Assembly (NCBI RefSeq): GCF_000497125.1
Contig: NC_090598.1
Coordinates: forward strand, 1,240,001 to 1,304,000
DNA length: 64,000 nt
Source: Spironucleus salmonicida
Taxonomy: Eukaryota
Direction: 5' to 3'
The notes below the pieces were generated by a model that searched no databases, was not told the origin of the DNA, and worked only from the letters and a program-made list of their open reading frames with translations. This document shows, one piece after another, positions 54,025 through 64,000 of this stretch. Within the stretch, counting starts at the first letter, position 1, and each line of letters begins with the position of its first letter. The translations under genes and the position numbers were made by a program.

Positions 54025-55320
54025 TCACTATCTTGACGATAAATACCATTAGTCTGTATCTGGATCATTAAGATGGTCATTAAGCCACTTATCTTGGCTT
54101 TTACGCTCTTTCTATTTCTTTTTCCCCTTAGAGCTGTCTTTAATTAATGTTTTTTATAACATTTCTTAGCATATGTTCTTAGCTTAGTCGAAATGGACCT
54201 CACTAAACTAACTAAGAAGTTCTTCACATTTTGCTTTTTCGACTGGAATGAGTTTAGTGGGCCGTCTTTAATATAAAACAAACTCGCCGTTCCAATCTAC
54301 TATATCAAATGTAAACTTTTCTTTTCGAGATCTGCTTAGATATTACACAATTTTCGGAAATTTTTCAAGTTATGATTCGATAGATGGAGCAGAATGAGCA
54401 GCTATTCTATGCTAATTTTGCTACCTCAATTGAATTGAAGCTATTTATTCAGTGGTATAGCGTGTTGATTATGATATGGAATCACGATCCTGACGAGATG
54501 CATGATCCCCAGCTTCAAGCCCAATATCAAGAAGTTAATTGGTAGTATAAAAATGTTAAATATTTAGTTACGGCTTTATTAAACTCCATCTAACCCCTTC
54601 AATAAATTTTTGCTGTAATAAACCATTTATCAGATCATCTTCATTCCATATATTTAAAGGTGGTAAATATATAATTTTGTCTCGCTCGAGGTCTATTTTA
54701 TAATAAAAATCATTAGAAAATATATCTTAGACAGAGAACGGGAAAGGCATGTTATAAATTGAAAATAAATCTTAATTTTTGCTTATTCCACTGTATCTAT
54801 GCTTTATATGACCTTAAATTAATAAATTTTACAAAATATCAAAACTAATACCTTCTTATCGTGTTGTTTAAACAATTTGCTTGCAATACATAGTATGCAC
54901 CTTTTCAGTTTAAAAATTACAAATTGAGAGAATATTACTCTAAATATTAATCATATTTCGTTCACAATCTATTTAAAAAAAAATTTTACTAATAAATACC
55001 AATTCAACTAGAGATATATTTTTAACAATTTACTATTAGTCGTTGAACACCACCTAAGTAAATTTTTATGATAATTTGATTAGGCTATCTGAAAATTCAT
55101 AATCAGCCCCTAAAACCATGTCTAATTTACTTAGTTTTTACTTCACTCCTTCCTTAAAATCTTCAATTTTGAAAGTTCTAAATTTTTACTTAGCAGCAGA
55201 TAAGAATTCATATGATTATTAATATGCTAATAAAGCTATTGGATATACTTTATTTTATGTAGATTTAATATAAAAGGCGTTGATTGTAAGGACATCATCA
55301 ACAATACTAATAAGTGACAT
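54025..55320 (-). CDS. Hypothetical protein (431 aa)
   Basis: Uninterrupted table 6 ORF ending in TAGTGA. Confidence 0.75.
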
Positions 55321-55481
55321 TGTAAAGTATTTTTTTATTAAATATAATAAACTAATAGTATGATATATTTTTCTGAATTAATTATTAGTCACAAAGAAAA
55401 TTTGTAATTGTTTTGTAGAGATATAGAACAGAGCAATGAATTTATGACTAAATTAAGAATTGCGTTAGTAAGAGAATATAT

Positions 55482-56054
55482 ATGACAAAAAAATACAAGA
55501 TTTTCAGTCATTAACTAACAAAATTAACTCGTACACTACTTTAAATATTAAATGTAATTATAAAATAATAGCAACATTGTGTCGCTATTTGGAAATCATT
55601 AAAGTCTACAATACACGCAATGATAGCATGTATGCATGGAATTTACAATGCTTAGTTTGCCACTAATAAAATGATCTTCAAAACAAAAATTTAGTTCAGT
55701 AATGACGATCTGTAGTGTATCAACTCATTTATTCCATCAGTTTATCAATTTAACTCGAAAATCTAAAATGAAATATACTCAGATCTAATGATATATTTTT
55801 AACAAGATATATGTATTCCATATTATATTATTGTGTAGTGTACGTCTAAAAGACTAACCTGTGAATTTATGTTTAACTAGATTAAATATCAGCCCTAAAT
55901 AAATCTCATAAAACCAACATCTATATTTAAATCTAATTTTTAACAATTTAAAATAAATAGAATATCTGAAAACTATAATATTAATGATTGGTTGCAAATG
56001 GATGGCCCACTTTTAGTTATTGCCACGATGATTTTTCTAATAAAACTACAGTGA
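55482..56054 (+). CDS. Possible hypothetical protein (190 aa)
   Basis: Table 6 ORF ending in CAGTGA; no motif; start uncertain. Confidence 0.4.
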
Positions 56055-56085
56055 TTATAATATGTTATATACGATACTCATAAAA

Positions 56086-56544
56086 ATGTCTAAAAAAACA
56101 AAGATGTTTATCCCTATTAAAATGGTTGATGATTAGTACTAACTAAATGGCTCAATATCCATCTAAACAACACTTCCTTCATCAATGAAGAAAATGAAAC
56201 TTATTAAGCCTAATTTTTCACTAGAATAATCATAAGATTCAGAAACTTCTCAGACGGAAATAGTAGATTTATCGGCAATAGATATAGAAAAAAGACGTTT
56301 AAATGCCAAGAAATCATTAGATGAAGCAAAGTAAATTATAGATAAGCTAATTAATGGTGATGCAGCAAAGGAAACAAAGAAGAAAAAAATTGAAACAAAG
56401 GCATAAAATGCTAAGTAAGAACTTGAGCTTAATATATAGAAGGGTATTATTTGTGGAGGATCTGTAGAAAATACAGAGTAATTTAGTTATACCCCAAGGA
56501 AAGCAGATAATCGTTTTTACAATTTATGGTTATCATGCTAATGA
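56086..56544 (+). CDS. Hypothetical protein (152 aa)
   Basis: Uninterrupted table 6 ORF, K/E-rich. Confidence 0.7.
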
Positions 56545-56915
56545 CTTGCTTATATAGTTTTATATAAATTATTATTCTATTCACACATCACATCTTTAAG
56601 ACTTTTAAATAGTAGTCAAATATGTAATCACTTTTACCTTAACAAAATTCAGTAAATTTAGGAGAACTATTATAGTTAATAATAATGTCAATCTATCTAG
56701 TTTTTAAGACCTTAGTAAGTTTGGTAAAGTTATTATCTACATTCTATAAATGAAATAAAGTAAAATTTTAATGCTTATAGAAACGCCCAGTGAGATACAA
56801 GTCTTTAATTTTCAGCAAAAGATAACTAAAATCTCTTGGGTACTAAGTCAAAAATTTAACAAACTATACACTGGTCATTTAAGTATTTAAATTATTTATT
56901 TATATATATAGAATA

Positions 56916-57575
56916 ATGTTAGCACTTCTAATCTCAATGTTAGAAGCAAAAGCATTTCCTTCTGGGTAATTAGGAGCTAATACTGTAGTATTTTATGATA
57001 AGGATACTAAGGATACAATGATAATGGATTCTGGTGCGGAAAATAAATAGTTATTAAAGTATCTCAAGGACAATAACTTGAAAGTTAAGTATATTACCAC
57101 TACACATGCACATTTTGACCATGTATTTGGTACCGGATACTTATAAGCATTATATCCAGAAATTCCTGTAACGTGCTACAAGTTAGATGTATAAAATTGG
57201 TAGGCTAATGCTATTTTCGCACCAATGTTTGGTGTCAGTATGCCTTCTAATTTTCCTAGACAACCAACTGAAACTTTTGACGACGGCGCAATATTTACTC
57301 TTGGATCTCATGAAATTAAATTTATTTACACCCCTGGCCACACTATTGGAGGTGTGTGCTTTTATTGTGCGGAAGAAAAGCTTGCTGTAACTGGTGACAC
57401 ACTTTTTAATGGTGGCGTTGGCAGAACAGATTTCCCAACAGGGAATCCCTCAGAGTTAAAGAAAAGCATAGATAGAATTGGCAATGAGTTTGGATCTGAT
57501 TGGATATTTTATCCAGGGCATGGTGAAGCTGGAACTATTGGTTCTGCTGTCAAATAAGCTAAAAGAATGGTCTGA
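56916..57575 (+). CDS. Metallo-beta-lactamase-fold hydrolase, glyoxalase II/YcbL-like (219 aa)
   Basis: THAHFDHVFG, TPGHTIGG, TGDTLFNGGVGRTDFP, YPGHG. Confidence 0.93.
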
Positions 57576-57627
57576 GCAAATTATTAATATTTATGTTATA
57601 TTGATACTATGTCTATATTTAATTAAA

Positions 57628-58662
57628 ATGCGAGTCGCAACTTTAAACGTACATTTTTGGTCAAAGGCTAATAAACTTAATTATGAACCATTAATTAATG
57701 AGTTAAAGAACTAATTATCAAATATGGATGTTGTTTGTCTGTAAGAGGTTACGTTTGGCTAAAAAATTAATTAGCCTTTAGTTCCATATGATAAATCACC
57801 TAAAAAACGTGTTATTTTTAACAAAAACTGTTATAAGATTATTATAGATGAATCATCTCCCGGAAGGCTCGAAAATTCAATAAGAGAGTAGTTAGGGTTT
57901 CCTCTTTCGTTTACTTTCAAAGTTGAAAACCAAAATGATACATATACGATTAATCCTAGCACAAACTTAGAAGAATGTTGGCATAATTAATTTTAAACAC
58001 TCGATAGTACTGTTTTGCGCTTGCTTTAAAATACGTTTTCCCTTCCATTTTGTATTTTTGCTGGAACATAAAATCCTAATTTTGGAAATGCTATATTATC
58101 AAGGCATTAGTTCTCTAGTTTAAGAATAATTCAATTATTTGGAAAGTAAAACCAACCTTGGTCTCAGAGATCAGCTATTTCTGCTATTTTAGATACTCCA
58201 GTTCCTATTTAGATTATAACGACTCATTTAGATCATTTAAAAGAGGAAGAAAGAATAGTATAGTGTTAATAACTGATGGATATTCTAACTGTATCAAATG
58301 TCATGCCTCAACTACTAATGGGTGATTTTAACTCCTTAACGTAATAAGACTACACAAGCGATTAATTGTTACACATTAATAATAAAAGAAAAAAGAATAA
58401 TATAGAACTAGCAAAATTTGACTTAATCAATTTGTTACAACAAAAGTCTTGGCTGGACTGCGCTTGGAATGGCCCAAAACCCGTATTTGAAGGTACCGCA
58501 GCAACAACGTCTAGATTTGACACCAGAATTGATTACATATTTACAAATAGGGTTTTCGTTAACTGTATTGCGAGTTATAGAATTTTCACTATGTAGGAAA
58601 CCGACCATAACGGAGTTTTCGCTGTTTTCTATCCAGTTTACAGAAGCTTGAATGACTAATGA
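57628..58662 (+). CDS. Endonuclease/exonuclease/phosphatase (EEP) family protein (344 aa)
   Basis: RVATLNV, DVVCLQEV, FGNAILSR, THLDH, MGDFNS, RIDYIF, TDHNGV. Confidence 0.93.
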
Positions 58663-58689
58663 TTTTTTATAATGAAAAATAATAATAAA

Positions 58690-61600
58690 TCAGTTACTAT
58701 CCTCCCAGTCGTCGTTCCTCAACTTCTCTTATCTCTTTTTCTTGAAAATAACCTAAATATCATCCGCATCTCTGGCACCAATTTCCTCCTCATCACAGTT
58801 AAGCTGGCTCATAGTTTTGGTAGTCATAGAATTAAACTGAGTAGTAAGTTGCGAGTTCATTGTCGACTACCCCACTTACACTTTACCGTCTGCTAACTTA
58901 ACTTCTTGATTGTGCAAAGCGTCTTTTAATTTAGCGATACTGAGTCCATCGAATCCAGATTTCATCGCCTTTGATACCTTGTGCATGTCCAATTTTGCAG
59001 AGTGTGCCTCCGGCTCGTCTAAATCCAACATAGGAATTCCAAACTTGTCATAATAAATGCAACTAAATTTATACTTTTCGTTCCAAACAATTTTATTCCA
59101 AAAAGCTGTAAATTTTGATTTTACTAAACCTGGCCATCCAGAGAGTAGTGCTGAAACTGAAATAATCAATAAAACAATAAATATGAGACCCACTGCGAAA
59201 ATTACCTACAACCCAATATCATTTTGTTTAATTGGTATCATTCCCGGCACATCATCAATTGAGTTTGAATCTCTAACTAAATAATCTGGTGAGTTAGAGA
59301 CAGTGGAAAATGTTGTTTAAGAGTTATTAACAGAGCATAATAAATTAGCCCAAATATTGTCATCAGAATCTCTAAAAGATTTAATAGTATTAACAGTACA
59401 GGTAAAATTAGTAGAATTAAAAACGAAAATAGATGTACCAGATTTCGTTTACACAGCAGCACCTTATTGTGAATAATAAGTATAAGTTGATGTGGAAACA
59501 CCATCACAATAAATTTCCCCTTAGTCACAAATAAATCCATACTATTTAAGGTTTTAACGATTAATTCTGCATCCTAATTATGATATAAATTTACAGTAAA
59601 ATGTCGATGTTGATTGAAATTGTGGTAAATTTCCAAACATAATATGATTAGTGATATGTGAAAATTCAAACTATAGTGATTTAATTGGTGAACATGTAGT
59701 TAATAAACAAGTTAGTTTAACATTAGGAATTTCGAAATTTCTGCATACTGAAGAATTTAAAGAGTTGCTAACCTTACATGGTGAAAAAGCAAAATTTTCT
59801 GGATCTATACCTGAAACTACTACATTCATTACATCATATTTAAGTTTTTAGTAAGTAATTGTCCACTACTAACGACTATGCGATACAGCTTTTGGTGCTT
59901 AAAGAATAACAGGCATTTATGACGAAAAATTCAGCGAATAGTTTAGAGTTAATGATTTAGTCCAACCATATAAAGGTGATGTACATAACCATTAAATATT
60001 TTCGCAAACATAAAAATCTGCTTAATTATTATAATTTCTACATTATAGAATATATTAAGAATCATCTTTAGTTTTAAATTATGCCATACATGCAGCTTCA
60101 ATTTTTCTGGTCTTAAAATCAGGAAAAACAACATCTACATATGTTCTTGTCTCAATTTCAGGGAAAGTGATGTTAAGTAACCATAAATAATCTTTAGAAA
60201 TAGAATCTGGTCTAATATTAATAAACATAATAGGATATAATATGCCACCAAGATCGTATGTGTTCGTAGCATTAAGCCTAATTCGTGCTGTTGTGAAATT
60301 CATATTATAACTTGGTGGGCAAATACTGTTAGAACCGACAGCTGAACACTAACTAGTGAGTTATTTCACTTCTCCATAAAATTTAATATTTGGTCTTTGA
60401 ATGTTTTCCTATTAACCTACACAAGTATATACGTTACTACCCTTAGAACATGTCCAAACTTATAAAAGATTGGCTATAGTATCTAACATTTCTCTAGTGC
60501 AAATAGAATCAGAACATAAAATTGGACCAGGTATATATTATAAACTATTAATAGCCGATGGTTGGAAATCTTCTCCGGTGGATTTTTAATAAGTAACTAA
60601 CTATACCGTTGATGGATCAGCTGAAACGACAACACAACTCATAACACCACTAGACCAAATACATACGTCTTTAACGACTATAGTTGCTCTATAATCTTCT
60701 ATACTTAACCCTTATTCAGTTAATATTGGTTATCCAACTATGCAGGTAAAGGTTGAAGTTCCAGTATCAGATTTAGAATTAATTTTACAATTTCCATCAG
60801 CACATGTTGTTACTATATCTGAAGCGAAAAAACATCTACTTGGATATGATATTGTAACAGAAGATGTCCATGAATCTTTAATCATTCTTAAAACAGTGGT
60901 ACACTATTAATCTTGAAAGGCTATATTGCCATCAAAAGATTCTTCAACGACACAAGTAAGAATAGATCCTAATAGAGTTGAAACTGGCGTTGCTGTTAAT
61001 TTACTAATAAGTTATGGATTAACACCAAAGTTTGGCTTGTCTGAGTATAAATCTGTAGTAACTATATCTCCAGCAGTGTCATCTGGTAAACTTTTAGAAA
61101 TTAAGCCTTTAATAGAATAAATTTGCTTGAGACCTATTCTATCTGCCTATTAAGAAGTGAATATACCCTCATCAAAATCTATATGGTTAGGAATAGCTGT
61201 GATTATATATTCTTCCATACAAAGAGTATTATTTAATATAGGAACATAAATATAACCTAAGTTTCCAAATTTAGGACCGAATGGGGCTTTTACAATCCAA
61301 ACGTCCTAGCCTTATTTGATTCCATATCCTACTATGTTAACATAAAATATTCTTTCTTACAATTTATTATATCCATTTTTAACAATATCTTCTTTAATAT
61401 TTTCATATGAAGGTGTTTAAAACTTAGGTGATACTCTAAGGCATTAAGCTGCAAATACATCCGAAGTATTCCATTATCTAAACTACTAGTACTACCTGTC
61501 AGTTCCAAGATTAATCTAAGCTATAAAAGTAATTCCTCTAGCAATATATTATTTCATATTGTCTACAGTATCCTGGCCAAATGGTTCATCTCCAGACAAG

Positions 61601-62178
61601 GAGAAAAATGGAGTATGATAAGATAATACTAATATATTGTTCGATTAATCTTTGTAGAATGGTTGAATAAACTCATTTGGTGAGTTAATTGCCTCACTAT
61701 AAAGACCTGGATTAATTTTAATAATAAAATCAGGTTCAGGATTAAATTATGTACTACCAGAAGTATATTTGAATGGGTCTATATTTAACTGAATTGAATT
61801 CCAGTCTCCAATATCATTTATGATGTATTCAGCAGGCTAGGTACAATAAAATCCTTTATTAGCTGAATATACCTATGAATTATTCATCATAAATTGTACT
61901 GAAACCTCAAGATTATCTGTGGTTTTACCTATTAATTTCGCATTATTTTGCCACTTATCTAATGTTCTTAATATTGATGATTCAATAAGACTAGCTACAG
62001 CTGCGGCACCAGATCCACATCCTATAAAAGATACATCTTTAGGAATAGTGACCAAACCTAGCTCTCTTAGGTCCATAGTTGCAGGTACTTAAGTTAAAGA
62101 ATCAAACGGATCATCAAGTATTCTGAGAGTCTAAAAAATAGCCAAAACTAACATTTTGCAAAGATTAATTAAATTCAT
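58690..62178 (-). CDS. 1162-aa type I membrane protein with an N-terminal inactive papain-like domain
   Basis: Signal-like N-terminus; VPATMDLRELGLVTIPKD..GCGSG, SVQFMM, FYVNIVGYG, WIVKAPFGPKFGNLGY; Cys-rich region; TM near 59150-59215; charged tail. Confidence 0.85.
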
Positions 62179-62292
62179 ATAGTAATTACATTATAATCAT
62201 TCTAAAAAACTGAATAATTCCAAGTATATCATCAATATTAATAATATTTCAAATTATATTAAATAAAAATAAATACTATAAAATTGTATAAT

Positions 62293-64000
62293 TCAAATAA
62301 ATCTAACTTATCGTTAAACTTCCGCCAATTGATCAAATTCATCATCATTACTAGATAACTCAATTGCACTTTGATGTGCATCTTATACGTCTACTATATG
62401 TTCTGTATTTCTTGTTATATCTACCTTATTTTGTTGAATAAGTTGCTCTTTTTATAGATTTATTACCTAATTCTAAGAGTCTAATAGTCTTGAAACATTT
62501 AAAATATCAATACTATGTTCTAAAACTGTTTATAATGCAATACTTCTTAAATCTTAATTTTGATTCTTGTACTAATGCCCTTGCTAGACTACTTATGATA
62601 CAAATTAAAGTTTTTGCTAAAATTCATTGTTAATAGATCCTATATATGATACCAATGAAGCTTCATCTTTAAAAAAAGATGCATCTGGGATAGTTATTTT
62701 ACCTTTGTATACTCCTTTTTAATTTTCAACTTCTTTATGTTAGCTAATAATTATTCCTTTAAAAAAATATTCTTATAATCCATCATTGCTAACAACATTT
62801 ATGAATCTTTTAATAAACCTACTTACTTTTTAACATTTAATACATTTACCTGCACATATATGGTCTTTAAAATCAATATTATTCTGTATTTATTGTATCC
62901 TATCATGATTCAGCAAAAGTATGTCATCGATATTTTAATTTTTTATTATTTCACGATTTTGTGTATGTTTAGAAATTATATTACAAATATAATCAACTTA
63001 TGAAATAGTAGATTATAAAATTTAATATATTTGTGTTAAACTAGAATTAAGTTTTGATGGTTAATGTTGATGTTAATATTATTATTATTTAATTTATTGA
63101 AGTTGAATAATTTAGTATTAAAGTGATTCTAATTCTTACTAATATATTTAAGTACTTGCTTCATATTTAAGTTTCTAGACTTACTACTTATCTTAATTTT
63201 AATTTTACAAATCTTTAACAACAAGATTTAGTAGCTTAGCAAAATTACCTATAGCTTTATTATCAGTTCCAAGATCGATATTAAATTATTTTTGAAATTA
63301 ACTTAATTACTCAATATCTTTATTTTAAAGTTTTGGGGTTGAAAGTTTAATATTTTTACACTTATTTACAAAAATTAATGTATTTAAACTTTCTCCAGAT
63401 TGTTATATGTCACTACATATTGTACCTAGTATAGTAATATTACATTAATTTTAACTCAATGACCTAGCTAAAATTTTAGTCAAAACAGAATCTCTAAATG
63501 GAATATGATTATTTTCTTATTAGAGAGACTATATAACATTTCCAAGGCAAGTTAATGACTAATTAATTTTAATCAGCTCATTTAATTTTTAACCTTCCAC
63601 TTAAGTTTTCTTTACACGTTCTGAACCTGCTAAATCAATAATTTATAATATTTTATTGTTTAAAAATATTTATAGAATAGTATGTGATCTTGATGAATTC
63701 TCATTTAAAACTGTAGAACTTCTATATTGGTTTTTAATAGCAGATAAAACAATATTATTCGCTTCCTGGACAGAACTGATACTAAACTCTTAAAGATTAA
63801 CTATTTTAAAGTTATTTTTAGAAACTTCTTTTAATTATAACTTATTATCAGGACTCAACAAATCAAAAATTTATTCATTATAAATTTAATATAATGAAAC
63901 AATAACTTTAACTGATTTTTATTCAAAAATATGACAAAATGTTTTTTAAACAATACCATCATTATTATTTGGGCTAAATCCGCAAGTAAAGGACTTGCCA
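62293..64000 (-). CDS. Kinesin (motor domain plus coiled-coil stalk), 5'-partial
   Basis: GKSFT, QIYNEQIFDLL, NENSSRSH, IDLAGSER, INQSLTCLG, HIPFRDSVLT. Confidence 0.95.

Noticed and set aside
9177..62178. Mass pseudogenisation suggested by frequent in-frame TAA/TAG
   Set aside because: These codons map to conserved Gln positions and frames stay intact to TGA.
11164..62970. GTATGTT donor-like heptamers (about 11164, 22519, 26587, 62963)
   Set aside because: No matching fused branch-point/acceptor was seen nearby, and the surrounding ORFs are complete without splicing.
1..64000. rRNA, tRNA, CRISPR arrays, telomeric repeats, reverse transcriptase
   Set aside because: None recognised by eye; small structured RNAs cannot be excluded without a covariance search.

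Overview
Gene-dense, AT-rich eukaryotic nuclear DNA using the TAA/TAG=Gln code with TGA as the only stop (translation table 6). The supplied standard-code ORF track therefore fragments almost every gene. I re-read both strands by hand in table 6 and found about 45 apparently intronless genes, with very short intergenic gaps, several 3' overlaps and stops usually embedded in AGTGA/AATGA. This fits a hexamitid diplomonad (Spironucleus-like); the organism call is an inference. Recognisable genes include two S28 peptidase copies, CorA/Mrs2, class 3 lipase, a PHP phosphoesterase, a SET/post-SET methyltransferase, CEP76, SmE, a cathepsin, an ankyrin protein, SANBR-like BTB, RPB6, Mob1, Heh1/Src1/MAN1-like, Tad3, Lcp5/NGDN, a beta-CASP nuclease, Sec24, PSF3, MATE, ORC4, Pirh2-like, XPD-like, a glyoxalase-II-like MBL, an EEP hydrolase and a kinesin. 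The most unusual observations are: (i) an inverted duplication (1-93 vs 3785-3877) that starts a GC-richer block headed by a pseudo-USP/TM/beta-repeat protein; (ii) a 1162-aa membrane pseudo-papain; (iii) a near-identical S28 duplicate with a replaced N-terminus; (iv) sharp intragenic GC-rich patches; (v) several catalytically eroded core enzymes. All family calls come from motif recognition, not from database searches.
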